Virus record (IMG/VR): IMGVR_UViG_3300021405_000009
Span: 34,240-98,239 of that record
DNA: 64,000 nucleotides
Strand: one strand, 5' to 3'
Source of the DNA: a virus
Part shown: piece by piece, positions 1 to 9,701 of the stretch
Layout of the letters: every line of letters starts with the position of its first letter
Numbering within the stretch: position 1 is the first letter of the stretch
The notes under the pieces: model-generated
The model's database searches: none
What the model saw: the letters and a program-made list of their open reading frames with translations, nothing else
Told to the model about the DNA's origin: nothing
Made by a program: the position numbers and the translations under genes

Positions 1-1775
1 ACGCTGGCAGAGGTTAGTACCACGCCATCGGTAAGGTTGCTTCCAGAGTCCGGTACGCCAGCCGTGAAGATCGAGGTCGAGTTCGATTCGCACTTCTCGA
101 TGTCGAGATAGCCCGCGTTCGGGTTGGTCGCGAAAGTGGTATTTAGAGCTACCCAGCCGCAATCGCTGATCTGTTTGATCGGTGCGGTCCAGGCCAACGC
201 CGAGGTCGAACCTTCATAACTCGCGGCGTATGGGTTGGTAACATTGTTGACCGGAAAGAGAAGCGCCAAGGGCGGCTGTGAATACGAGCTGCCACTCTGA
301 CCACTCCAGGTCCACTGATCGAAAAATGCAGTCGGAATGCTGACCGTGCCGCTGCCCGTGGCCGCCGCAAAGCCGCTGCCGAAGGCTACGCTCGAAGTGC
401 TCGAACAACCGAAGCTGATGGTGCTGTTGTTGTAGCTCAGCCCAGTCGCGCAGTTCGGAACCGTCGCAGCCTTAAAGACGCCCGACGAAGCTCCAATCAG
501 AAGTTGGCTGGCAGCGATCGCAGTGGCCGTACCCGCGCCCGCGCCCGGAACTGCGGCGATCTCGCCCCAGCCCGCGTTGGCCACGTCATCATAGAGATTG
601 CCGTCGCCTGAAACCGCCATGCCAGAGTTGCCCGTCCCGGCTGCCGCTGGTGTGCCGCTGGCCGCGATCGGAACCGTCGTCATGTAATACGGGCCGGTGA
701 GCGTGAACTTCGACGCCACGATCCCGCCAGACGGCGTGTAAGTCAGGGTCGAACTGTTGTCCGATAGGTTGGTATCAAACGCGCACAGGCCGGAAGAGTT
801 GGTGTAAAGAAAATTGCCGATGGAGGCCGTGACCCATGTAAGGTTGGTCGCTCCGGAGTTCACGCACGGTACCTGCCCGGCCGTTGGGGAGCCATCGTTC
901 ACCTGGCTCAAGCTGACTGGGTTCGCGCCCACGAAGGCGTCGGTGGCAACGTCGGCCGAGGTATCTCCAGGCGTCTGCGTTACCGCCTGCGTGCCGGTGG
1001 CCAGGGTCGAGCTGACTGACCATGTGCCGGTGCTAACCTGCGCTACGCCGTTGGACGCGGAAGTACTGATTCCCGTCCCGCCAATCGCAGTGCCGATCGT
1101 GACCAGGCCGCTGTTCGGAATCGAGCCGTTGGTAATGTGCGAGCCATTCACGACAGTAGGAGCCGTCGCGCTGCCGCCCAGGTCGGTGTTTAGCTCGATC
1201 AATCCGAGCGTGCCCACGGCCGCGCTGGCCACGTTGAACTGGACGTTTGAACCCGATGGGTTGGTGGCTGTAGTGTTCGTGCCACTCTGAAAGTTAATGG
1301 GCGACAGAAGCGACGAGCCGCCGTTCACAGTGATAGCCGTGCTGCTGCAAGGGATCGCGCCCAGGACGCCGCCCGAGGAGAAACCAAAACAAGGCGTCGT
1401 CAAGGTGGGGGCGGTGCCAAAGGTGAAGGGCGATCCGCTGATGGTAAGGCCAAGTACAGTCGCGGCGTTCGAGCCCGAAGTCGTAACCTGCCCGCTCAGC
1501 TCTGAGGCTGCAGGCGTGGTGCCGTCGCGCAAGATGCCGGTCCCGGCGCTGGTCGAGTTCAACCCGCCGTTGGCGCGCGTGACTGGCGAGGTTAGGTTCA
1601 CCGTGACCGTGCCGGTCGTACCACCGCCACTTAGCCCCGTGCCCGCCGTAACTCCAGTGATCGTGCCACTGCCGCCGCTGCCGCCACCCCGCCCGGTGTA
1701 ACTCGGGGCCTGGCCAAACAGCATTGCCGCAGATAGCAGCCATAAGGCTGCGAGGAAGCTTAGTTTCCTGACCAT
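1..1775 (-). CDS. Gly/Ser/Thr-rich putative virion fibre/adhesin-like protein with N-terminal signal-peptide-like sequence (runs off the window end)
   Basis: Hand translation from ATG 1775: MVRKLSFLAALWLLSAAMLFGQAPSYTGRGGGSGGSGTITGVTAGTGLSGGGTTGTVTVNL...; open to position 1; the GTITGVTAGTGLSGGG motif is typical of phage fibre proteins; absent from the ORF track because no stop lies in the window. Confidence 0.7.
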   Translation of the reverse strand, partial: MVRKLSFLAALWLLSAAMLFGQAPSYTGRGGGSGGSGTITGVTAGTGLSGGGTTGTVTVNLTSPVTRANGGLNSTSAGTGILRDGTTPAASELSGQVTTSGSNAATVLGLTISGSPFTFGTAPTLTTPCFGFSSGGVLGAIPCSSTAITVNGGSSLLSPINFQSGTNTTATNPSGSNVQFNVASAAVGTLGLIELNTDLGGSATAPTVVNGSHITNGSIPNSGLVTIGTAIGGTGISTSASNGVAQVSTGTWSVSSTLATGTQAVTQTPGDTSADVATDAFVGANPVSLSQVNDGSPTAGQVPCVNSGATNLTWVTASIGNFLYTNSSGLCAFDTNLSDNSSTLTYTPSGGIVASKFTLTGPYYMTTVPIAASGTPAAAGTGNSGMAVSGDGNLYDDVANAGWGEIAAVPGAGAGTATAIAASQLLIGASSGVFKAATVPNCATGLSYNNSTISFGCSSTSSVAFGSGFAAATGSGTVSIPTAFFDQWTWSGQSGSSYSQPPLALLFPVNNVTNPYAASYEGSTSALAWTAPIKQISDCGWVALNTTFATNPNAGYLDIEKCESNSTSIFTAGVPDSGSNLTDGVVLTSAS

Positions 1776-2533
1776 GTAACCGTAGCTCCCGTCGTCGAGG
1801 CGACGACAAAAATAGCGTTGGAATTACTTACGGCTGGACAGTAGCCCGCTCCAGGAGGTATCTCAATGCCGGTCGAGGTAGTAACTCCACTCGGTCCGAC
1901 AAACACGCTGATCGTGTTGGTACTCAGTCCTTCAATACACAAACCCTTGGCCAGTAAGTTCGAGGCCAGGGCCGCCGCCGTGCCAGTTACTGCCTGCTGA
2001 CCGGAAACAATCGTGGTCGGCACCGTCAGCACTACCACCTGCGGACTGGGAAAGTTACTCACCGTGACCGCACCGGCAGCCGCTGAGGCCGGGTTGTTCA
2101 CGAAGCCGAACAGGAAGACAGTCACCGAGCCTGAGCCGGTAACGGTTGGGGTGATCTTGCCCTGGGTCGCGAAGACCGCCGAGCCGATCGTGTTCGAACC
2201 GGCGCTGGTACAGGTCTGAGAAGTCATCAGACTGCCGGTGGTGTAAGCCGTGCCAGCCGCGTTCAGTCCATCGACCGTCAGCGTACATCCCGACACCGTG
2301 CCTTGCGGTACCCAGATCATCTGGTACCAGCCAATGCCCTTGGTGTTGAAGCTCGCAGTCTGCACTGAGCTGCTGGTGAAGGTGTAGGCCAGGCCAAGCT
2401 GGTAAGGCACCGCCACGGGATAGATGATCTGGCTGGGACCACCTGTCTGCGAGAGCGCCGGGGGCGCGACCACCAGACTCAGTAGACCGACCATGAAAAG
2501 GATTACTAATAGGTTGCGCACGAGCTTCTTCAT
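1760..2533 (-). CDS. Putative structural/secreted beta-rich protein with signal peptide
   Basis: MKKLVRNLLVILFMVGLLSLVVAPPALSQ... followed by Thr/Ser/Gly/Val-rich sequence; overlaps neighbours (translational coupling). Confidence 0.65.
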   Translation of the reverse strand: MKKLVRNLLVILFMVGLLSLVVAPPALSQTGGPSQIIYPVAVPYQLGLAYTFTSSSVQTASFNTKGIGWYQMIWVPQGTVSGCTLTVDGLNAAGTAYTTGSLMTSQTCTSAGSNTIGSAVFATQGKITPTVTGSGSVTVFLFGFVNNPASAAAGAVTVSNFPSPQVVVLTVPTTIVSGQQAVTGTAAALASNLLAKGLCIEGLSTNTISVFVGPSGVTTSTGIEIPPGAGYCPAVSNSNAIFVVASTTGATVTWSGN

Positions 2534-2850
2534 TACTCTTCGTCCTCGTCCTTGCGGCCGATCCGCCACACATACTCACAACAGCCCTCGGGATCAACCT
2601 TGACTTTCCCGTCAGGCAGGCGCGGCTGCTTCGACTTGGCTTTCATATCTTTTTGGTTACAGGCTCCCGGCTTCGAGAACCACTTACAGTTCTCGCACTC
2701 AAACTCGCCGAGATTCTTCGCCGCCTCATAGCCAGTGCCGGGCTCACCGCGAACGGCGGCCTGGTTGATGCTCACAAGTTTGCTGTGGCCGGAGCCGAGT
2801 TCGTCCTTAGCTGGCATAGGTGGGCAAAGTTGCGGGGCGTCCTCGGTCAA
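2533..2850 (-). CDS. Small Cys-rich protein, HiPIP-like Cys spacing
   Basis: CENCKWF-x5-C-x17-VDPEGCCEYVW resembles the HiPIP pattern CxxC..C..VxPxGWCxxW. Confidence 0.45.
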   Translation of the reverse strand: MTEDAPQLCPPMPAKDELGSGHSKLVSINQAAVRGEPGTGYEAAKNLGEFECENCKWFSKPGACNQKDMKAKSKQPRLPDGKVKVDPEGCCEYVWRIGRKDEDEE

Positions 2851-2868
2851 GAGAACGCCCCGCTGGGG

Positions 2869-3504
2869 TTACACGCGATCGATGGAGAACTCGGTCAACT
2901 GCACCGCGTTCGGGGAAGTCCCGGCCGAGAAGGTGAAGGTGAGTTCGAAGTTCAAGTCAGCGAACTTCAGCCCCGAGCCGATCGTGCCGCCAGAGAGCAC
3001 GGCGTTGATCGTGTAGGCGGGAGTGGTGGTGAAGTTCGTCCACGACGTGGAGCAGAAGCCGCCCAAGCTGCCAGCGGTCGAGTTGAAGAGCAACTGCCAC
3101 TCGTACATGAAATCGACGGTCGCCACGTTCGAGCTGGCGATGGTCGCGCAGGTGTGGAGCAAGGTGCAGCCGGTGCCTACAACGCCCGTCGAGGTCACGC
3201 TGCCCGCAGCCCCAATCACGCCCACGGCAACGCCGTTGACTTGGTAAAGGATGGGGATAATCGTGGCCGCGCCACCAGTCGTGGTCGCCTTACCGCAGGC
3301 GCGGATCTTCAGCGGGTGGACATCAGAGTAGCCGGAAGCGATATCCGGAGTGGGCGAAACCGTCAGGCCAGCGCCTGCAGGAAGCACAGGAGAGGGAAGG
3401 CCGGGATAGCCGGAAGCGGGAACAAGAAACACGTTGGCGGTGGTGCCACCGGCCAACTGGGCGGGCAGGTTGTAGAAGCCGTAAATGGTGTTGACGTTAC
3501 TCAT
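2869..3504 (-). CDS. Putative virion structural (decoration-type) protein
   Basis: 211 aa, small-residue and beta-rich; AAAGGA RBS upstream; lies in the minus-strand structural block. Confidence 0.5.
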   Translation of the reverse strand: MSNVNTIYGFYNLPAQLAGGTTANVFLVPASGYPGLPSPVLPAGAGLTVSPTPDIASGYSDVHPLKIRACGKATTTGGAATIIPILYQVNGVAVGVIGAAGSVTSTGVVGTGCTLLHTCATIASSNVATVDFMYEWQLLFNSTAGSLGGFCSTSWTNFTTTPAYTINAVLSGGTIGSGLKFADLNFELTFTFSAGTSPNAVQLTEFSIDRV

Positions 3505-3591
3505 GGAAAGTTTCCTTTAGAAAATTGAAGGTGGGGATGGACTGCGGGTGCCGGGAATACGTTCGCCTAGCGGCGCACTATCAATCCCGTT

Positions 3592-3891
3592 TCATGCGAA
3601 AAGCGTCTGGAGGGCCGCCCTGAGTTTGGCGCGGAAAGTGGGTGGAGGCGGAGGCGGCTCAACAATCTTAGCGGTGACGCGGTACACTTCGCGGCCTTCG
3701 CCGTTGCAATACAAGTCGGTGAAGTAGCGCTCCACTGCAGGGCCTGCCACGGTCTCGGTCGAGAAGTAGCGCGCGACCATGTACTGGCCGGTGGCCTCGA
3801 CTGAGAACAACTCCATGTCTTCGCCGTTCCTGGCCTTGGGGGCTGCGAAGTCCGGGTTTGTGCTCTTGATTCCGACGAGCTGGATGAGCAT
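3592..3891 (-). CDS. Hypothetical protein
   Basis: 99-aa ORF, same strand as the block, plausible composition. Confidence 0.5.
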   Translation of the reverse strand: MLIQLVGIKSTNPDFAAPKARNGEDMELFSVEATGQYMVARYFSTETVAGPAVERYFTDLYCNGEGREVYRVTAKIVEPPPPPPTFRAKLRAALQTLFA

Positions 3892-4280
3892 CTTTACTTA
3901 AAATCCTTCTGAAGGCCGCGTCTGTACGCTACCGCACAATTTCACTTGACACGGCAGAGTACAGTCAAAGTTATCCATGCCGTAGAACCAGCCTGACGGA
4001 GTGGATCTGGGCTCCCGCACTCGCTCGGTCATAGAGGTTGGCTCCTCTACAAAAACCCTGGGGGCGGGAGTCCTTAATTTCGATGAAAGAAAAAAGTGAA
4101 CGCTTAGATGCACTGCGCGAGATGGAGCGGCACGGGGCATCGAAGCTAGCGATCGCGGCCATGCGGGCCGAGATGGAACGCGGGCGAAAATCAGGCCGGG
4201 CGGTGGTGAAGAAAAAACCGAGGAAACGGTAGGAGCCCCGCGACTATTACGGGAGCTGTTCTGACTTTCACAGATTTACA

Positions 4281-4376
4281 TCGCGGACAAGGGATGCGGC
4301 TGGAATTTGCAGGAGTCGAACCTGCGACGCTTTTTGAGCGTTTCATCAGGATAACCAGCTCACTTCGGCCCGCGAA
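4281..4376 (-). ncRNA. Y-RNA-like (Yrl) RNA, remote copy carrying a T-arm
   Basis: Minus strand: TCGCG-GGCCGAA-GTGAGCTG-GTTATC-...-GCAGG TTCGACT CCTGC-...-CCAGCCGC-ATCC-CTTGTC-CGCGA; same scaffold as the 53.6-54.3 kb array. Confidence 0.8.
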
Positions 4377-4394
4377 CTTTTTAGGAGGACAGGA

Positions 4395-4643
4395 ATGCCA
4401 AACTTGGGAGACAAGGTACGCGATAAGATCACGGGCCACGAGGGTATCGTCATCGCCCGCACGGAGTGGCTCTATGGCTGCGTGCGCTATGTCGTTCAGG
4501 GCCAGACGCTGCATGAAGGCAAACCCACAGAGCCCCACACTTTCGACGAAGACCAACTCGTCGTCCTCAAGGCCGATGCTCTCAACGACAGCGAAGAGAA
4601 GCCTGCCGGTGGCGATCGCGATTATGTTGCCACGCGGCGCTGA
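4395..4643 (+). CDS. Conserved small phage protein (KOW/SH3-like)
   Basis: LGDKVRDKITGHEGIVIARTEWLYGCVRYVVQ; AGGAGG RBS. Confidence 0.7.
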   Translation: MPNLGDKVRDKITGHEGIVIARTEWLYGCVRYVVQGQTLHEGKPTEPHTFDEDQLVVLKADALNDSEEKPAGGDRDYVATRR

Positions 4644-4791
4644 CGACTTTATGGGCGCTACGACTGCATGTTCTTTACATCTAGCAGTGGGGAAGAAATC
4701 ACCAAAGAACCACTGCGGCGTGGAGGCGGCTAGCGCCCGCCAAAAAGCACTTGACACGGGCTACTAGAATAAAATCCAGGAGAGGATCACG

Positions 4792-5283
4792 ATGCGACAT
4801 TTTTACTTACGCGACCGAGATACATTGTTTCCTGTAGCCTGTATCGCCACCGAACGACAAACCAACGACACCAAAATTGCTTACGCCCTGTCCGTGTTCC
4901 ATGAGGGCGATGACATGGACATCCGAATAGCCCGGCGCATCGCGCGCGGAAGACTTGAGGAATACATCAAGGGTCGGTACGACCAGAAGAACGAGGGCTG
5001 GGCCAAGTTCGGCGTCGTGGTGCTGGAAGATCCAAAGTCCAACGCCAAGGTGAAACTGTTGGCCACCGTTGCGGCCGATCCCGAAGTCCCGAGCGTGGCA
5101 CGCAAGGCCGCCAAGGAGTGGCTGAAGAACATGACCGGCACACCTGAGCAACAGGCGGTGCAGCGCAAGCTCGACAAGGAATGCCGCATCATCAACGGCA
5201 CGCTCCAGGTGCAAGACTGGTGGCGCGCTAAGGCCGTCGCGCTGCAGATGGAGCTGGACGAACTAGTGAAGGCCGTGGCTTAA
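4792..5283 (+). CDS. Hypothetical phage protein
   Basis: 163 aa; AGGAGAGGA RBS. Confidence 0.65.
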   Translation: MRHFYLRDRDTLFPVACIATERQTNDTKIAYALSVFHEGDDMDIRIARRIARGRLEEYIKGRYDQKNEGWAKFGVVVLEDPKSNAKVKLLATVAADPEVPSVARKAAKEWLKNMTGTPEQQAVQRKLDKECRIINGTLQVQDWWRAKAVALQMELDELVKAVA

Positions 5284-5850
5284 CGGGTGTCGTCACTCGT
5301 CCGGGGTGGCGGCTCGAAGGGGGTCGCTACGCCCCGAGTGTGGCGGCCTCCGACGAAAGGGGACCCATGCTGGTCGTCGAAGTCCCGATGTCAAGTTGGC
5401 AACTGCTGCCACCGCGACCGGATGTTTGTCAGGAGTGTGCCACGAATCATCCTGCAGAGCATCCGCATAACCAGCAGAGTCTGCATTACCGGTACCATTT
5501 CTATCTCAGGACTGGGCGCTGGCCAACCTGGACTGACGCGATGCGGCACTGCAGTCTTGAGACGAGGAGCGCTTGGACGGCGGAGCTGGAGAAGCTTGGC
5601 GTCCAGGTGCGTGAGGTCTACAGAAATTGGGGGAACCCTGAGCGATGCTGACTGAAATCGAAGAAGGCGACAAGGTAGTCCGGATGATCGCTGGGACGAT
5701 CCCGCATCCGCTCACCGTCACCAAAGTGACTGCGCAGGTGATCGAGTGCGGCCCGTGGATGTTCGATCGCGCCACCGGTGCTGAGATCGATGAGGATCTC
5801 GACTGGGGTCCGCCACCGAGAAGGACTGGCAGCTTTATCAAGGAGCAGGA

Positions 5851-6300
5851 ATGAAATCGATGAAGGCCCGCGTGCTCGCTGCCTGCGACTGCTGCGGCGA
5901 TCTCGACGTGAGGCACCCGATCACCGGCAAGCGCGAACGGCTGGAGAGTCGTAGCCCTAAGCTCGCCGCCAACCTCATGGCCAGACTGGCTCGACGTGAG
6001 CCGGTCGAAATCAGCGTGACGATCGGCGAGACCGTCGAAGAGTGCGTGCAGGCTCACCTGAACTTTGTCGGCCAACTGGCCGCTCAGCTAGGGCAGCGCT
6101 TCGTGCCGGAGTACTCTGCGGCTAAGGAACTTGCTCAACAGACCGGGCTCGGATATGTCAACCTGAACGAAGGCTACGACCAGTGGCTGCTGAAGACGCT
6201 GCAGGCCAACCTGGGCGATATCGAGGGCAAGATTGCCGAAGCACTGGAGGCCGGGGTCATGCCGATCATCCACTGGGATGTGGATGAGGAGACGAACTGA
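5851..6300 (+). CDS. Hypothetical phage protein
   Basis: ATGA coupling with 5645-5854 and a 1-nt TGATG overlap with 6300-6557. Confidence 0.6.
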   Translation: MKSMKARVLAACDCCGDLDVRHPITGKRERLESRSPKLAANLMARLARREPVEISVTIGETVEECVQAHLNFVGQLAAQLGQRFVPEYSAAKELAQQTGLGYVNLNEGYDQWLLKTLQANLGDIEGKIAEALEAGVMPIIHWDVDEETN

Positions 6301-6557
6301 TGGCCGCGAGCATCCACGATCTCCGGCAGTGGTTCCTCGACGGCGTCGCCACCGGCGCTACCCACGTGATTGTCGTGTGCGATACCTACGACTACTCCGA
6401 CTATCCCGTCTACGTCTACGTCAACGATGACGTGCGCAAGGTGGCGGGAAAGTATCAGCTCCGCTCAGGCAATATGCAGAAGGTGATGGAGGTCTACAAT
6501 CTCAGTATGGACATGGAGCAGCAACTGGCGTCGGAAGAGCTGGTGTTCAATTACTGA
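6300..6557 (+). CDS. Conserved small phage protein
   Basis: GATHVIVVCDTYDYSDYPVYV...MEVYNL; GAGGAG RBS. Confidence 0.65.
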   Translation: MAASIHDLRQWFLDGVATGATHVIVVCDTYDYSDYPVYVYVNDDVRKVAGKYQLRSGNMQKVMEVYNLSMDMEQQLASEELVFNY

Positions 6558-7542
6558 CTACCACAAGTGGGCGGAGCGCGTGCGAACACTGAACGACGTG
6601 TGGGCTTTTGTGCTAGTGACGGCGCTGATCGGGCAATGCGCGGCGCTGATGTTCGGCCGACGAACCCTACTCTTTATCGCCTGGGTACCGACCGTGATCC
6701 AGACTGTAGGGACGATTTGCTTCCGGGGTTGCCCGCTTAGGAAGCTGGAGAAATGGTTGCGAAGGCGCGGGAACGGGAGGAGTGATCTATAAGCGTACCT
6801 GTTCGAGTGAGTTATGGATAGCTTCGCCTTCTATCGAGTGACCGGCCCCTTCGTGCAGTTCGAGGCCCTGCTGGGCGAGATCCAGATCGAGTTGCTCTTT
6901 TACAAGCACTACGTCCGAGGACGAATCGTCAACAGGGTGTACCAACCCGCAAACCAGGAACGCCGGAGAGTAGCTCATGGAAGTTAACCGCGCGATCGAC
7001 AGCATAGCCGACATGAAGCCGCGAGGAGTAATCGCACTCGCGAACGCTGTCGCCTGGACGCCATGCCAGCACTTCAAGCAGTGTGTTGGCCTCTGCCCAG
7101 TCTGCTGGGCGCTCTACCTATTCCGGCCCGAGCCGAGTAAGTGAATGCGGACCCTGAGCCGTAGCTTTATCGTGATGCACCTGGCCATCTCGCTGGCCTA
7201 CACCTACATCGTTACCCGCCTCGGATACATGACCCGGCCCTGGGTCCTCTTTATATTCGGCGCTTACTGGGCAGGCGTTATAGGTCGGTGGATACAAGAT
7301 CGCAGGTCCGGCCGGTGAAGGAGAAAGAAGAATGCGGACCCTGGGCCGCTTACAGGAAGCACTCCAAGTGCTGAGCACTAACTTCACCCAGAAGGCTGGA
7401 GTCTTCCGGCGCAACGACCCGACCTATATTCCGACTCCGCTCGAATCTGACGCCATCGACTACCTGTGCTACGAGTGGGACTATGGCTATGAGGGAGGTT
7501 TGGTAAGCGAAGAAAAGGGACCCGGTACCTGCTAGGTGACTC

Positions 7543-7579
7543 GGGGTACTTGGGGGTAGGCCAGGGGGTAAGGCCGGGG
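7543..7579 (+). repeat. Four GGGG(G)TA tracts (G-quadruplex-capable)
   Basis: GGGG TACTT GGGGG TAGGCCA GGGGG TAAGGCC GGGG. Confidence 0.6.
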
Positions 7580-8003
7580 TATAAGCCTCGACAAAAGCGT
7601 AAAGTAGTACTCCGCCAGACGCGAAAAGAACAACACGAGTTCCCACCGAACCCACCACAAACGAGCTAAGTGCATGAAAACAAGCGCAATCGGCAAATAG
7701 CGGCGAGCCGATTGCTAAGCTTTTGTCTAGGTCAGCGTTGCCGTTGCCGTTCGTTGCCGACCTGTGTCAGGATTGACACACTGCCAACATGGTGCAGCAT
7801 CGGCCGCGCCATGACGGCGAACAAACGGCGAACGAAAAACTGCTAGCGAACGAACGGCGAAAGCGAAGCAAAAGCGAAACAAACTTTTTTCGCTTTGTTT
7901 TCAAGTACTTGCCGACTATTTAAAAAATTGTGTTGACAAACTGCGGCAATTCGTGAAATACCGATCATGCAAGCCGGGGTTGCAAACGCACCCCGAGATA
8001 GCG

Positions 8004-8015
8004 GCTCTTTGACAA
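8004..8015 (+). promoter_or_regulatory. boxA-like antitermination element
   Basis: GCTCTTTGACAA versus rrn/lambdoid boxA GCTCTTTAACAA; about 65 nt downstream of a TTGACA at about 7934 and ahead of a long co-oriented gene array. Confidence 0.6.
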
Positions 8016-8024
8016 CCCAACAGT

Positions 8025-8445
8025 CCGACAGTTCGGCGTCGGCGCTTAGTTCAGCCCAGCCCAGATGTGGCACGGCGTGAGCGGAGGGATAGCTTCTAAG
8101 CGCGGGCAACGGTGATTCTGTCGGCACGATTACTGGGATACTCCGCGTCGTGAGACGTGAGCGAGTCCTGACACGGTAATCGTCTGACCCATGGCTCTGA
8201 GAAACCTAGCGCATGTGGTCAGTCTAAGCCGGGACCATGGTCAGCGTTCAGCCTAGCGAGGCAATGCGAGCACGGACACAGCAACGAATAGCTAGAGCGC
8301 AGCATGTTATGCCACCATGGCACAGCGAAACCCAATGCTAACTCTTGTGGGGCACGACTAATCACCGTGCCCTACTCTTTGAGCGCCTAGGTAGCTAGGC
8401 GTTGAAAGAGTAACCAAATAGGCTTGCGGATAGCCCTAAGCCGCA
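8025..8445 (+). ncRNA. Long structured leader / candidate ncRNA
   Basis: Nested and serial stems: CCGACAG/CTGTCGG (8025/8118), GCGCTTAG/CTAAGCGC (8042/8096), ACGATTAC/GTAATCGT (8126/8176), CTGACCCATGG/CCATGGTCAG (8184/8235), GGGCACG/CGTGCCC (8350/8366), GCGCCTAG/CTAGGCGT; no credible plus-strand ORF. Confidence 0.5.
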
Positions 8446-8459
8446 GATAGGAATACACC

Positions 8460-8798
8460 ATGAAAAACCCGAACAACAACGTCGTCACGTCCGCTGTCCC
8501 CACACCCGAGGAATACGCCGCTCTGTTGGCCAAGGTCACCGAACTCCAGTCCAAGGTGGACCGGAAGAAACGGCAGGACTCTGGCTCAGTCACCCACAAC
8601 GGATTAAAGCAAGTCGTGTCCGAGAAGGGCGGGGTCAGCGTGTATGGATTAGGGCGCTTCCCGGTCACGCTATACGCTGAACAGATGCTCAGACTGTTGG
8701 ATGCTGGCGCGGACATCCGCACGTTCATCGCCGAGAACATGGCCAGCCTGAAGTTCAAGCCCGCGAAGGATGAGCAAGCTGAAGCGGCTGCCGCCTAA
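8460..8798 (+). CDS. First early gene; conserved small hypothetical protein
   Basis: Short coiled coil followed by VSEKGGVSVYGLGRFPVTLYAEQ motif. Confidence 0.75.
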   Translation: MKNPNNNVVTSAVPTPEEYAALLAKVTELQSKVDRKKRQDSGSVTHNGLKQVVSEKGGVSVYGLGRFPVTLYAEQMLRLLDAGADIRTFIAENMASLKFKPAKDEQAEAAAA

Positions 8799-9701
8799 TC
8801 GTTGCCGAGGTCACTAGCAAGCCCATGAGCGTAAGGCTGGTGGGCTTGCCTAGCCATCTAGGCTATGGAGGACTGGTATGTCCAGAGCATTCGATCTATC
8901 GCAGGTAGTCCAGTTCGTGCCCACGTCTAATCTTTGCGGCGTGGACGCGATTGTTTGTCACCCAGACGATACCATGCGCGTTGCCACTGAGAGCATGTGC
9001 GTTAGCTTTGGCGGGAAGGAGAAGGTCGAGTTCATCCTTGCCGCCCTAGAGTACTACCGCAAGCACGTCATGATCCATGCTGAACCGGGGCAGGTGGGCG
9101 GATGGTTGCAGTTGCCAAAGCATTAAAGCGCATGGCCAACTAGGCTCCGGCCTAGCAATGGGCTCACCCGAGTCTGTTGCTAGTCCGGATCACGGGCTAA
9201 TCCGCCGCAGGGCGTTAACCTGGGAGTAGAGTTATGCAACGAATTGTCCGCAAACCAAAGTTCAACCCGCGCAACAGTGACGGTTCATTCAAGTCCATCG
9301 ACCAGATCATGCGCGCAACCATGACCGTATTAGAATATGGGCGTATGCTTGCCCAGACTCGGAGGCCAGGGTATTAATGCGCAAGCCCAAAGTGCCTGAC
9401 TATGTGCCCCAGCAGTCCATACGCTGGCTGATGGGGCGAGTGCATGTCGGTACGCCTGATGCTGAGGTTGAGGCCGATATGCGTAAACGGTGCAGTAAGG
9501 CCACCGAAGAACAGGCGGCAGCTTGCGTGGAGTTTGCGCTGGCTTGCCACCATGAGAACCAAGGGCTGTACAGGTCTGTGATGTCTGGGAGGCTGTGATG
9601 TTATCCCAATTCCACGCTGCGCATCCAGTGCTCTACGCCATTGCACTGTGCTGCGTCTACGTCGAGGCCATGCTTATTTCGATGGCCATGAGGAGGTGAC
9701 T

